Below are positions 10,138 to 18,823 of a stretch of 64,000 bases of DNA, piece by piece; position 1 is the stretch's first letter; each line of letters starts with the position of its first letter. Source of the DNA: a virus; the IMG/VR virus record IMGVR_UViG_3300035001_000006, positions 8,823-72,822 of that record, one strand, 5' to 3'. The translations under genes and the position numbers were made by a program. The notes below the pieces were generated by a model. That model was not told the origin of the DNA, made no database searches, and saw only the letters and a program-made list of their open reading frames with translations.

Positions 10138-10520
10138 AGGTCCTTTTCGACCTTGACCTTGAAGGCCTCGAAGTTGTCAGCAAACCCGGAGATCTTCCTG
10201 CGGAACTCCTTCACGCCGAGCAGGGTGCGCGCGTTCTCCGTCGAATACGGGATGGGCGGGCCCTGGAACTCGAGGCCTTCCCAGCCCAGCAGGATGGTGG
10301 ATGCCATCACGTCGATGAACACCTTCTCGGCGGCCTGCTCGTCTTCCTTCGTGGTGCCCTGCAGGTCGATGCCCGAAGCCTCGAGCTTCTTTCGGAGCAT
10401 GTGCACGTAGTTCTCGTTGCCAGAGCGTGCGACGAGCACTTTGGCCGTCTTGCTCAGCGGGAACCAGGCGCCCTCGATTTCCTTCTTCTCGTCGGTGGCG
10501 AAAGTGTTGAAGATGTCCAT
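10125..10520 (-). CDS. Tail assembly chaperone (gpG-like)
   Basis: 131 aa, MDIFNTFATDEKKEIEGAWF...ILLGWEGL...PYSTENARTLL; ends at the slippery site, CTG GGA AAC GCC TAA. Confidence 0.85.
   Translation of the reverse strand: MDIFNTFATDEKKEIEGAWFPLSKTAKVLVARSGNENYVHMLRKKLEASGIDLQGTTKEDEQAAEKVFIDVMASTILLGWEGLEFQGPPIPYSTENARTLLGVKEFRRKISGFADNFEAFKVKVEKDLGNA
10131..10137 (-). other. Programmed -1 ribosomal frameshift heptamer G GGA AAC
   Basis: X XXY YYZ heptamer in the correct phase two codons before the stop; the -1 frame is open to 9754; same arrangement as lambda G/G-T. Confidence 0.85.
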
Positions 10521-10572
10521 TTTGTTTTTCTTTTTGCGGGAGGTGAAAAGCCTAGCAGGGCCTGAGGTCCTT

Positions 10573-10594
10573 GGGGCAGCTCGAAGGCTGCCCC
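10573..10594. other. GC-rich stem-loop after the major tail gene (attenuator or stabiliser)
   Basis: GGGGCAGC-N6-GCTGCCCC perfect 8-bp inverted repeat; no adjacent U-tract. Confidence 0.5.
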
Positions 10595-10604
10595 AGCGGA
10601 TTGG

Positions 10605-11834
10605 TTACGCGGCAAGGGCGCGCGTGATGCGGATGCCACGCTGCGTTGCTGCGTCATAGAAGGCGTCGAACGGGAGATCCAGCATCACGTCGTCGTCATT
10701 GCCGCCGGGGTTCAGACCGCCGTCACGGAACTTGACCTTGTCGAGCTCGATGAGATAGCCGTTGCCAGCTGCGTCGCAGAAACCCACGGTGAGGCTGGTC
10801 CGCTCGCCGTCCAGCCACTTCTTGTAGTAGGTGGTGTCCTGAAAGTACACCTGCATCGAGCCGGAAATCTCGAACTCGCCCAGGCCGACGCCTGCGTTGC
10901 CGAACACACCCACCGCCTTCTGGCCGCGCGCGTTGTTGTTGAGGCTCAGGGATAGGCTCTTGATGAACGAGCCGTTGGCAAGCAGGTTCGCGCCGCCCTC
11001 GTAGACCGTGCCCACGTCCGTGACGGCGTTCATCACCTCGTGCGCCTTCGATGCGACCGGCACGCCCGGCAGGTAGCTCGCGCCGTCTCGGGCGTCGTGG
11101 CTCGAGCCGATGAAGCCGAACGAGCCGGTGATGATTGAGCCCACCTCGACGTTCAGCTCCAGGGTGTTGGGCTCCATGCCGGTGTAGAGCATGCGCGAGC
11201 CGACATCCGTGAGCGAGTGCTCGAAGGAGAAGGTCTTGCGGGCGGGGCCGTTGACGATGATCGACTGGCTGATTGCGGAGCCCGCAAGGTCCGCCGCCAG
11301 GAGGCCAGGCGCGACGATCGGGGTCGCGGCGTCCACGGCAAGGTTCGTGGTGGTCGAGCCCACGCCGACCTTGAACCAGGCGTCCGCGAAGTACGCTTTC
11401 ACCGCGGCGCTGGCTGTAGGGCCCGGGACGACCTTGAACCAGCTGCCTACAGCCAGCGAGGTGAATGCCGAGGAGCCGGTGGGGGCGACAGCCGCCTTGA
11501 TGGAATTGGCAGTGGTCTGGAGCGCGAACGCGGCGCCCAGTCCGGCGGTGCCGAAGTGGACGAATGTGCCGCCGACGATGGCCTCGAGGAAGGGGTCGTA
11601 CTCGGCTGCCGACAGCTCGAAGTTGAACCCGCCATCGACGTTCTGGTCCACACGGGTGTTGCCCGTGGACATCCGATTCGCATTGACCTCGCTCGACTTG
11701 GTGGTCTCGATCGAGGCTTTCATGGTGGGCTCCACCATGCGCAGGTTGATGGCGTTGCCGGCGACGGGGACTTGGCCCCGCACGGTCTCGGGGATAAAGC
11801 GCAGTTGGCCAAACGACCCAGAAGCAAAAGGCAT
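10605..11834 (-). CDS. Major tail (tube) protein
   Basis: 409 aa; MPFASGSFGQLRFIPETVRG, GGFNFELS...YDPFLEA, GEFEISGSMQVYF; position before the chaperones. Confidence 0.85.
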   Translation of the reverse strand: MPFASGSFGQLRFIPETVRGQVPVAGNAINLRMVEPTMKASIETTKSSEVNANRMSTGNTRVDQNVDGGFNFELSAAEYDPFLEAIVGGTFVHFGTAGLGAAFALQTTANSIKAAVAPTGSSAFTSLAVGSWFKVVPGPTASAAVKAYFADAWFKVGVGSTTTNLAVDAATPIVAPGLLAADLAGSAISQSIIVNGPARKTFSFEHSLTDVGSRMLYTGMEPNTLELNVEVGSIITGSFGFIGSSHDARDGASYLPGVPVASKAHEVMNAVTDVGTVYEGGANLLANGSFIKSLSLSLNNNARGQKAVGVFGNAGVGLGEFEISGSMQVYFQDTTYYKKWLDGERTSLTVGFCDAAGNGYLIELDKVKFRDGGLNPGGNDDDVMLDLPFDAFYDAATQRGIRITRALAA

Positions 11835-11870
11835 GGTGTGCTCCGCGAAATTCTTGTTCTTGTGCGGAGC

Positions 11871-11905
11871 AGACTAGGAAGGGGATTCCCAAAACGGAAT
11901 CCCCC
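11871..11905 (-). promoter_or_regulatory. Putative late promoter B (GGGGGATT-N21-TAGTCT)
   Basis: Intergenic, upstream of the tail tube gene; also contains the inverted repeat GGGGATTCC/GGAATCCCC (11881-11904). Confidence 0.6.
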
Positions 11906-11911
11906 GGTACA

Positions 11912-12319
11912 TCACGCGTCGTCGAGCGTGAACGGCGTGATCAGGCCGACCTTGTGCCAGCCATTGACGACGGTCGGGATCGTGCGCTGCGGCATGTACA
12001 GCGTGGCCGAGCCAAGGCGCCGCCCGCGTAGCAGCTCCTTGATCGCATCGAGCACCTGGTCAGGAAGCGCGGTGCCCTCTCCTTCCCGGTGGTACACGTT
12101 CGTTGCGAAGACCCCAGTGTGGCGCCCGCGCGGCCGCCCGCCGACCGTCACGAATTTCGCGCCATACCAACGGATGGTGCAGTCGATCCAGAGCGGACCG
12201 ACAGTGCTTTCATCGGCCATTGGGCCGTTCTCGTAGAAGGCCTGGACGTCCGGGAACGCGTCAGCGAGCCAGGTCGCAAGCGTCTCTTGTGCGTCTTTGC
12301 GGAATTGTTCGGTGGCCAC
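11912..12319 (-). CDS. Tail terminator / completion protein (putative)
   Basis: 135 aa directly upstream of the tail tube gene; synteny and size. Confidence 0.6.
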   Translation of the reverse strand: MATEQFRKDAQETLATWLADAFPDVQAFYENGPMADESTVGPLWIDCTIRWYGAKFVTVGGRPRGRHTGVFATNVYHREGEGTALPDQVLDAIKELLRGRRLGSATLYMPQRTIPTVVNGWHKVGLITPFTLDDA

Positions 12320-12326
12320 GGTGCTC

Positions 12327-12884
12327 CTAAAAGTTCGAGTCGATTCCGCCGATCGGAGTGGTTCCGTCTGCGAGCAGCCCTTCGGCGATCAGCACGGCGC
12401 TCTCCATCGCGGTCTCGTACGGTTGGTTCTCTGCGCGCAGCTTGGTCATCCAGTACCCTTTTTCCTGCAGGTCCGCGAGATAGGCCGCGCTCGACTTCCC
12501 TCCGTCGGTGTCCCCGCGGGTGGCGTTGGTGATGTAGACCTTGTCGCCTCGCTTGAGCCGGCGCAGCACGAACTTCGCGCGGTCAAGGGCCTCCGACGCC
12601 CACTTCATGTCGCCGCGCTCGCGCGCGAGCTTGTTGTTCACGTAGCCGGAACCCGTGAGCTCGAGCTCGTCGCCCATCCCAGAGTCGAACGAGAGATCCG
12701 GCGAATTGATGCCGAGATTCCAATTGGCGACCGCCCGGCCGGAGTACTGCGGAGTCTGAAGAACGATTCGCTCGAAGATCTGCCACACGACACGGCGGAA
12801 CAACGCCACCGGCGCATCCTCTACGCGAGCGATCGCCGCCACGATGTCGCGGCTGACGGCGGCCCTGTTCTTCACCATCCCCAT
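12327..12884 (-). CDS. Neck / tail-completion protein (HK97 gp10-like)
   Basis: IVLQTPQYSGRAVANWNLG matches the TP..TG.AR.NW signature; synteny. Confidence 0.65.
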   Translation of the reverse strand: MGMVKNRAAVSRDIVAAIARVEDAPVALFRRVVWQIFERIVLQTPQYSGRAVANWNLGINSPDLSFDSGMGDELELTGSGYVNNKLARERGDMKWASEALDRAKFVLRRLKRGDKVYITNATRGDTDGGKSSAAYLADLQEKGYWMTKLRAENQPYETAMESAVLIAEGLLADGTTPIGGIDSNF

Positions 12885-12885
12885 G

Positions 12886-13722
12886 TCAGCCCCTACGGAC
12901 GTGAACGGCGACCGCACCCTCGATCGGGTTGACGGCCAGCACGCTCAGCGACATGCCGGCGAAGGCAATCTTCGAGGACGTGTCCACCACGGTGCCGTCC
13001 GGCAGCGCAAGCGTGAAGTCGCCCTCTTGGTGCCGCGCCTCCAGCTGCGCGTCGTAGCGAAATAGGCTCTGCCACCTCACGCGCAGAGCGGCGGCGGTCG
13101 CCGAGACGCCCGGTGAATAGGCGCCGGCGCCCGGGTTGTAGGTACGGGCCTGGATCGTGGCGTTGACGGGTTCGGTCTGGTCAAGCCGTACCGCAGTCGC
13201 GCCCACGTAGTCCGAGGGGAGTCGACGGACCGAGGTCGTGATGTAGGCGACGCCCGCGCGCCAGAGGATCTGCTGCGGCTTGAGCTCTGTGCCGAGCGGC
13301 AGGATCACTTCGAACACGTTGGCCACGTCGGACGACTCCTCCTCCTGCTTGGCATCCTTCGTCCACGAGGCAAAGCCGTAGGCGGTCGCCGCGGGCGCGC
13401 TGGCCAGGAACTGGGTGATGGTGCCGAGGTTGAACTGCCCGTCTGCCGACTGGAGAACGTACTTGACCCGGTGCGCCTCATCGAGTCCGTCGATCGAGGG
13501 CTCGCCGGCCACGACATACACGGCGCCGAAGACGCGGATGCAGCGGTGCGATGGGATCTCCACGCCAGGAGCGACGGACAGCACGCGCCGATACGCGACC
13601 ATCGCGTCGCGCTTGCTGTCGTCGTAGGGATCGATCTGCGCCAGGAACAGCGGGACGCCGGAGTAGGCATCGAAGACCTCCGTCCGGTCGAAGTACGAAG
13701 ACGCGGCGGCAAGGGTCATCAT
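12886..13722 (-). CDS. Head-tail joining / virion structural protein
   Basis: 278 aa ORF with good codon usage, tightly packed in the neck module. Confidence 0.55.
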   Translation of the reverse strand: MMTLAAASSYFDRTEVFDAYSGVPLFLAQIDPYDDSKRDAMVAYRRVLSVAPGVEIPSHRCIRVFGAVYVVAGEPSIDGLDEAHRVKYVLQSADGQFNLGTITQFLASAPAATAYGFASWTKDAKQEEESSDVANVFEVILPLGTELKPQQILWRAGVAYITTSVRRLPSDYVGATAVRLDQTEPVNATIQARTYNPGAGAYSPGVSATAAALRVRWQSLFRYDAQLEARHQEGDFTLALPDGTVVDTSSKIAFAGMSLSVLAVNPIEGAVAVHVRRG

Positions 13723-13727
13723 GGCGG

Positions 13728-14222
13728 CTACCCCGTGACCGGGTCGTATGAGCGCGTGGCGGCGATGAAGGCGAGCGGCGTGCGGGCTGCGGCCGCGGGC
13801 GTCTGCGCCAGCTCACCGAGAGATGTGATGAGGCTCGCGCGCGACGCCAGGTACATGGCTTCGATCCGCGAGAGCGTCTCCTTGTAGGGTGCGTCTGCAA
13901 AGCGGGAAACGGATGCTTTCCCGTCGCCCACGTCTTTGGGCATGATGCTGGCCAAGGACACGCCGACCTGGCGCGCGCTGGCATAAGCGCTGAAGAGCTT
14001 CGTTGCATCGAGCACAGCCTGCTCCGCTTCCGACCTGTCGCCCGTCGGCTTGCCGGAGATTGCAGAAAAAGAGGCAGGCAATGACGGCGCGACCTTGTTC
14101 AGCTCGCGCACCAGTCCGATCGCGTAGATCGGCAGGTTCAGGACTGCATCGGGAAGCTCGATCGCGTTCACCCCGAGGGTCGCGCGAACCTCCGCGTTTT
14201 CACAGTAAGGCGTCAGTGCCAT
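13728..14222 (-). CDS. Head-tail adaptor (connector) protein, putative
   Basis: 164 aa, MALTPYCENAEVRATLGVN...; first neck gene after the capsid. Confidence 0.55.
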   Translation of the reverse strand: MALTPYCENAEVRATLGVNAIELPDAVLNLPIYAIGLVRELNKVAPSLPASFSAISGKPTGDRSEAEQAVLDATKLFSAYASARQVGVSLASIMPKDVGDGKASVSRFADAPYKETLSRIEAMYLASRASLITSLGELAQTPAAAARTPLAFIAATRSYDPVTG

Positions 14223-14243
14223 GCCAAAAGCTCCCGCAAAGGA

Positions 14244-14726
14244 TCAGGACTCGCTGGGCGCGATGGCCAGCTTGCCAGCGTCAAGCTGGAGGGAAAGGAA
14301 CGCGTCGATCTCGGCTGTCACGGGCGCAGCGCCGAACATGTCGCCGGTGTGCAGGTGTTGGAGCGGGCCGTGGACGGACACGAGCTCGACAACGTCGCCG
14401 ATCTTCCAGGCATGTGCCTTGGCAAGGGGTTCGGCTGCAGGTGCTTCGGGCGTGGCGCCCTGATTTGCCTCTGCGGCAGCAGGGGCTTGTTCAGTTTCCT
14501 TCACGGCCAAGGCAGCGAGCGTGTGCAGGGGCAGCGTCTCGCTTTGCCCTGCGTCGGCGGTATCCTGTGACACGCGCGCCGGCCGCTCTTCGAAGTGAAG
14601 GGAGTTGTCGGGCGCCGGCGGGGTGGCGGCTGCCCCCTCTTCCAGCGCGGATGTGATTTCGGCGACGGGCGCTGCGGGCGCGGCGGCGGGCGCAGAGTTG
14701 AGCGTGAGGGTGTTCTTCCGGGACAT
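14244..14726 (-). CDS. Ala/Pro-rich hypothetical virion-associated protein
   Basis: 160 aa; RBS CAGGAG before the ATG; low-complexity N-half and a compact C-terminal domain. Confidence 0.55.
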   Translation of the reverse strand: MSRKNTLTLNSAPAAAPAAPVAEITSALEEGAAATPPAPDNSLHFEERPARVSQDTADAGQSETLPLHTLAALAVKETEQAPAAAEANQGATPEAPAAEPLAKAHAWKIGDVVELVSVHGPLQHLHTGDMFGAAPVTAEIDAFLSLQLDAGKLAIAPSES

Positions 14727-14747
14727 GGGGGACTCCTGTTGCGGATG

Positions 14748-14781
14748 GAGAAAGGCGCCGGCCAGCGAACCGACCGGCGCC
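14748..14781 (-). terminator. Rho-independent terminator after the major capsid gene
   Basis: GGCGCCGGTCGG-TTCG-CTGGCCGGCGCC followed by TTTCT on the minus strand. Confidence 0.65.
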
Positions 14782-14802
14782 CTACTGCTGGGTCTGCGCT
14801 GC

Positions 14803-15984
14803 TTAGGTGAGCGTCAGGACCTCGAACGCTTCGTCGAACAGGCGATACAGGAGCTCGCCCTTGTCGACACGCATCGCCGTGGAGCGCTTGAGCACGAACT
14901 GCTCGATGGCGCTGTACTCCGCGGTGAGCGACTTGACGCGGTGCACGGCGTAGCGCGTGTCCATGCCCATGATCGTGCCGGCCGGCCAGTTCACGTCGTT
15001 CGTCAAGAAGATCTTGACGGTCGAGGTCCAGCTCGGGTTCACCACCTGCATCAGCGTGTCGATGCGCGGGCTGTTCGGGTTGTCGTTCTGGTTGGTCGGC
15101 TTGCCCACCCGGTTCTCGATTGCCATCGCTCCGGCAAGGTCGGTCACCACCAGGTCGATGGTCCGCTTGTGCGCGTTGCGCGCCAGCCACTTGATCCAGG
15201 CGGTCTGGGTCAGCTTGCCGGCGGTCGCGTCCGCGTCGAGCGTGCTGGCCGCGACGACCTTGCCGGCGATCGAGGAAAGCGCGGCGATGGCGTAGTCGGT
15301 GTCGCCGTTCAGGAACGACAGGATGTAGGCATAGGCCTTCTCGTTCGACTCGACCGCTGCCTGGCGACCGACCGCAAGGCCCACCAGGTCAAGCGTGGTA
15401 CTGCGCTGCGCCTGCTCGGAGATCTCCATGCCGATCGCCCAGCTGGGGATCTTGCGGGCCACGTCCGACGCGGTGATCGTCAGCATGGACTGCGGCAGCG
15501 CGAGCTGGCCGACGGGCGCGCTGCGGGCCGCTTCCGGGTTGCTGAAGTTCAGCACCGGGCGCTCGAACTTGTCGCTGGCGATGCTGTCGTCCACAGCGAT
15601 CATCATGTCCAGCCCGGCGACGCTGGTCTTCAGGTCGGTGGCCAGCTTGTCCTCGATCACGCCCAGGATCACGGCCGGGAAGAGGATGCGCGAGGCTGGC
15701 ACGCCTTCCTTGGTGATGGCCGCAGCGTCCTGCTTCGGGTTCAGCACTTCGCCCACGGTCGAGGGACGGATGCCGAATTCCTTGTTGCCCTTGACGAAGA
15801 TGCCGGTCTGCTCGCACAGCTGCTCGAACGGGCTGCCGTGCTTGGCCGCGTCGGTCGGGAACTGCGTCGCGAGGTACTGCGGCACGGTCTGGCCCGCGTC
15901 TGCAGCTTCCTTGTACGTGTGGAGGCCGAGGTCGATCGCCTGGTTCTTGCCCTGCGCGTCGATGAAAACGAGTTCTTTGCCCAC
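14803..15984 (-). CDS. Major capsid protein
   Basis: 393 aa after the protease/scaffold and decoration genes, followed by a strong terminator; size and position typical of an HK97-fold capsid. Confidence 0.8.
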   Translation of the reverse strand: MGKELVFIDAQGKNQAIDLGLHTYKEAADAGQTVPQYLATQFPTDAAKHGSPFEQLCEQTGIFVKGNKEFGIRPSTVGEVLNPKQDAAAITKEGVPASRILFPAVILGVIEDKLATDLKTSVAGLDMMIAVDDSIASDKFERPVLNFSNPEAARSAPVGQLALPQSMLTITASDVARKIPSWAIGMEISEQAQRSTTLDLVGLAVGRQAAVESNEKAYAYILSFLNGDTDYAIAALSSIAGKVVAASTLDADATAGKLTQTAWIKWLARNAHKRTIDLVVTDLAGAMAIENRVGKPTNQNDNPNSPRIDTLMQVVNPSWTSTVKIFLTNDVNWPAGTIMGMDTRYAVHRVKSLTAEYSAIEQFVLKRSTAMRVDKGELLYRLFDEAFEVLTLT

Positions 15985-16013
15985 TTTTTTCTCCTTGTTC
16001 TGTGGGTTGGTGA

Positions 16014-16496
16014 TCAGACGCGTTCGATGACCGCGACTTGGCCGACGGCGCCGGTGCCCTTGAGGGCGACGACGCGCCAGAGGAACGTGAGCTCCCCCTT
16101 TGCGGCGGTCGCCTTGCAGACGCGCGGGTGGCCCGGCAGCTTCGTGCCGCGCGCGGTCACAGTGCCCGCCACGACGAAGTCGTTGACGGCGATGGCACCC
16201 ACGCCGGGGGTGGCCTGCAGGCCGTCCAGCGTGACGGTCTTGCGGCCCGTCTCTTGGATCGTGCCGAGCTTGAAGCCGTCGTACAGCGCCCCGCCGGCCT
16301 CATCGGCCGTGACCAGGAAGCCTTCGATCTCGTCGCCGGCGGCGCACAGGCCGTACTGGCTGTCGCCCTTCAGCTTGACGAACTTGTTGACGTCGGCGTC
16401 GGACAGCGGGTTGGCTGCGCCGGCGCCGTCCGCGACACGAACGGTCTTGTTCGTGTCGTACGGGCGGATCAGCTCGTTGAGTTGGAACTTCGCCAT
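16014..16496 (-). CDS. Capsid decoration / cement protein
   Basis: 160 aa beta-rich protein between the scaffold and the capsid (lambda gpD position). Confidence 0.6.
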   Translation of the reverse strand: MAKFQLNELIRPYDTNKTVRVADGAGAANPLSDADVNKFVKLKGDSQYGLCAAGDEIEGFLVTADEAGGALYDGFKLGTIQETGRKTVTLDGLQATPGVGAIAVNDFVVAGTVTARGTKLPGHPRVCKATAAKGELTFLWRVVALKGTGAVGQVAVIERV

Positions 16497-16507
16497 GGTT
16501 TTTCTCC

Positions 16508-17104
16508 TTAGTTGGGGCGAGTGGCTGCGATGCGGGCCATGCGCGTCGGGTCGGCCGACGCGCGATTGCCCTCCTTGTCGGACGGCGCACCCGCGGAAAC
16601 CGCGGCCACACCACCCGCCTTGAACTTCTTCTCGAACTGCTCACGCAGCGAGCTGTGCGCGGCAAGCAGCTCGGCGTCGCTCATCGAGTCGGCGGCGCCA
16701 CCCGAGTGGCCGAGCGCCACGCGCAGCTGATTGACTGCGGCGACCGTGATGACACGCATCGAGGCGAGTGAAGCCTTCATGTCATCGCTCGCGGCCTTCG
16801 CGTCGCGCGCTTCCACGGTGAGGTCGGTGACCTTGGCCTGCGCCGCGACCAGCTGGCCCTGCAGATAGCTCACCACCGCGTCGTTCGAAGGCGCAGCGGC
16901 AGCAGCCGCGGGGTCACCCGCGGGAGCGGCTGCAGCGGCCTGAGCGCCGGCACCTTCACCGGCCGCAGCGGGGTCGCCGCCTTCGGCAGCGGGAGCGGCG
17001 CCGGTGGCGCCGGTGGCATCGGCGCTCGCGGCTGCGGCGCCTTCGGCTGCAGCAGCGCCTTGGGCGATGGCAGCGATTTGGGCTTCGGTGAGTGCGTTTT
17101 TCAA
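16508..17104 (-). CDS. Nested scaffolding protein (Nu3-like), internal in-frame TTG start
   Basis: GAAGGA-accacc-TTG in frame at 17104, preceded by a copy of the late-promoter signature; 198 aa. Confidence 0.6.
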   Translation of the reverse strand: MKNALTEAQIAAIAQGAAAAEGAAAASADATGATGAAPAAEGGDPAAAGEGAGAQAAAAAPAGDPAAAAAAPSNDAVVSYLQGQLVAAQAKVTDLTVEARDAKAASDDMKASLASMRVITVAAVNQLRVALGHSGGAADSMSDAELLAAHSSLREQFEKKFKAGGVAAVSAGAPSDKEGNRASADPTRMARIAATRPN

Positions 17105-18040
17105 GGTGGTTCCTTCTGGATGCGCGCCATACTGGGAAGGCTTCATTTCGGAGGCAATCCCACCCCTAATGTTTTCCTTCGGCTTGGCCTTCTCGGCCTT
17201 GCCGATCACGGAGTCGAACGTTCCGACGGCGTCGACCAAGCCTGCTTCCTTGGCGCGCTCGCCTGGGAAAACGCGGCCCTGAGCCATCTTTGTGTCAGCC
17301 ACCTGGTAAGCGACGCCGCGCTTGTCGGCGACGTGCTGCACGAACAAGCCGTAGCTGTGGTCGACGCTCGCCTGGAGCTCTTCTTTGGCAAGCTCGCTGA
17401 GCGGCTCGTAGGGGTTGCCGAGGGCCTTGTACTTGCCCGCGCGGATGACGGTCGGCGTGATGCCAACCTTCTTCATCATTTCGCTCATCTCCTGGTGGAC
17501 GATGAGGACGCCGACCGATCCGGCCTCGGCCGACTTGGAGATCGTGATGTGGCGCGCGCTGACGCCGAGGGCGTAGGCGGCGGACATCATTGCGCTGTCG
17601 CTGAACGCGGTGACCGGCTTGAGCTTCTTGTCGATGCTCGCGATCAGGTCGGCCGTGTCGAACATGCCCGACACCGCGCCGCCGCCTGAGGCGATGTCCA
17701 GGACGATCGACTTGATCGTCTGGTCGTTGGCGGCATGGACAAGCGCCTGGCGGATCTCCGGGTAGCCGGTGAAGCCGAGGTACTCGTTGATCCAGCTCGA
17801 GCTGTTGTTCAGCGGGCCAGCGATGCGGATGGTCGCGACGCCGTCTGCCACGCGCAGCAGGCGCGGCATGTCATCGGCGGCCTGGCCGTTCGGGGCGTAC
17901 GCGCCCTGCTGCGGTCGCTTGCCGCCGTTGGCCATGATCTCGCTGAACGAGGCGTCCATCGCCAGTTTGCGCAGCTGCAGCAGGTAGCCGGCGAGCGACT
18001 CCTCGGTGCCGGCCCAGAGCTTCAGGTCGAAAAGGTCCAT
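16508..18040 (-). CDS. Prohead protease (S49/SppA family) fused to a scaffold domain
   Basis: IVLDIASGGGAVSG, MSAAYALGVSARHI, EAGSVGV, GKYKALGNP, QGRVFPGERAKEAGLVDAVG are S49 motifs; Ala-rich coiled-coil C-terminus. Confidence 0.9.
   Translation of the reverse strand: MDLFDLKLWAGTEESLAGYLLQLRKLAMDASFSEIMANGGKRPQQGAYAPNGQAADDMPRLLRVADGVATIRIAGPLNNSSSWINEYLGFTGYPEIRQALVHAANDQTIKSIVLDIASGGGAVSGMFDTADLIASIDKKLKPVTAFSDSAMMSAAYALGVSARHITISKSAEAGSVGVLIVHQEMSEMMKKVGITPTVIRAGKYKALGNPYEPLSELAKEELQASVDHSYGLFVQHVADKRGVAYQVADTKMAQGRVFPGERAKEAGLVDAVGTFDSVIGKAEKAKPKENIRGGIASEMKPSQYGAHPEGTTLKNALTEAQIAAIAQGAAAAEGAAAASADATGATGAAPAAEGGDPAAAGEGAGAQAAAAAPAGDPAAAAAAPSNDAVVSYLQGQLVAAQAKVTDLTVEARDAKAASDDMKASLASMRVITVAAVNQLRVALGHSGGAADSMSDAELLAAHSSLREQFEKKFKAGGVAAVSAGAPSDKEGNRASADPTRMARIAATRPN
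17129..17163 (-). promoter_or_regulatory. Putative late promoter F inside the protease gene (GTGGGATT-N21-CAGTAT)
   Basis: One mismatch to the signature, identical spacing, 24 nt upstream of the scaffold TTG. Confidence 0.55.
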
Positions 18041-18076
18041 GGGGGATTGCCCTTCTTGTTGTTGTCAGTCCAGTAT
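18041..18076 (+). promoter_or_regulatory. Putative late-type promoter E (GGGGGATT-N22-CAGTAT), leaderless into the RHH gene
   Basis: The -10-like hexamer is followed 6 nt later by ATG 18083. Confidence 0.55.
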
Positions 18077-18082
18077 GTGGGC

Positions 18083-18214
18083 ATGAAACGCACACATCTA
18101 TTTCTTCCGGAACCGGTTCTCGCGCAGCTGCGCTCCCTCTCACAAATGCAAGACGTATCGGTCGCCGAGATCGTTCGAAAGGCCGTTGAGGAGTACCTCA
18201 AAACGCAGCCGTAG
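18083..18214 (+). CDS. Ribbon-helix-helix (CopG/Arc-like) DNA-binding protein, 43 aa
   Basis: MKRTHLFLPEPVLAQLRSLSQMQDVSVAEIVRKAVEEYL: alternating beta strand, helix, S-x-A-E-I-V-R helix; below the ORF-track cutoff as a standalone ORF. Confidence 0.8.
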   Translation: MKRTHLFLPEPVLAQLRSLSQMQDVSVAEIVRKAVEEYLKTQP

Positions 18215-18256
18215 CTAGTTCGCGTAAGTCCGAAAAACACCCGCAAAGAGGTTGGA

Positions 18257-18823
18257 ATGGAAGAAGAAGTTTGGAGGTCGGTCGTCGGCTTCGAAGGCCT
18301 ATACGAGGTATCAGACCAGGGTCGCGTGAGATCGTTGAACCGAATCGCTGCCGCAGGCCGTGGCGGTCCGAGGACGTACAAGGGGAAAGTGCTCGCCGGT
18401 TTCGTCACCGACAATGGGTATCGCGGCTTCCACTTGTACAAGAACACGCGAGCGACCTCCGTCCTCGCGCACAGACTGGTGGCCACCGCTTTCGTAAGCG
18501 CAGCCCGCGTTGACCAAATCGAGGTCAACCACAAGAACCATGACAGGCTCGACAACCGCACGCAAAACCTCGAGTGGTGCACGCGCCAAGAGAACATGGA
18601 CCATGCGAGTGCCGGAGGTCGCGTCGTTGCTGCCACTGATCCAACAACGAACCCTTTAGTGTGGAAAAAACTGAGCCTGGAGATCGCGATTGTTGCGGTA
18701 AAGGACATCCAAAACAGGGTGCGGACCAAGGCGCAGGTCGCCGCCGATCTCGGTGTCGGTCGCTCCACCGTAACTCGGCTGTGGAAGTCGCGGGAACGGT
18801 ACTTAACGGCCGACATCATTTGA
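18257..18823 (+). CDS. NUMOD4-HNH homing endonuclease with a C-terminal HTH
   Basis: EVWRSVVGFEGLYEVSDQGRVRS (NUMOD4); HRLVATAF...VNHKNHDRLDNRTQNLEWCTRQEN (HNH); KAQVAADLGVGRSTVTRLW (HTH). Confidence 0.9.
   Translation: MEEEVWRSVVGFEGLYEVSDQGRVRSLNRIAAAGRGGPRTYKGKVLAGFVTDNGYRGFHLYKNTRATSVLAHRLVATAFVSAARVDQIEVNHKNHDRLDNRTQNLEWCTRQENMDHASAGGRVVAATDPTTNPLVWKKLSLEIAIVAVKDIQNRVRTKAQVAADLGVGRSTVTRLWKSRERYLTADII

Noticed and set aside
18022-18819. 265-aa minus-strand ORF between portal and protease
   Set aside because: Antisense shadow of the RHH and NUMOD4-HNH genes, which have clear motifs.
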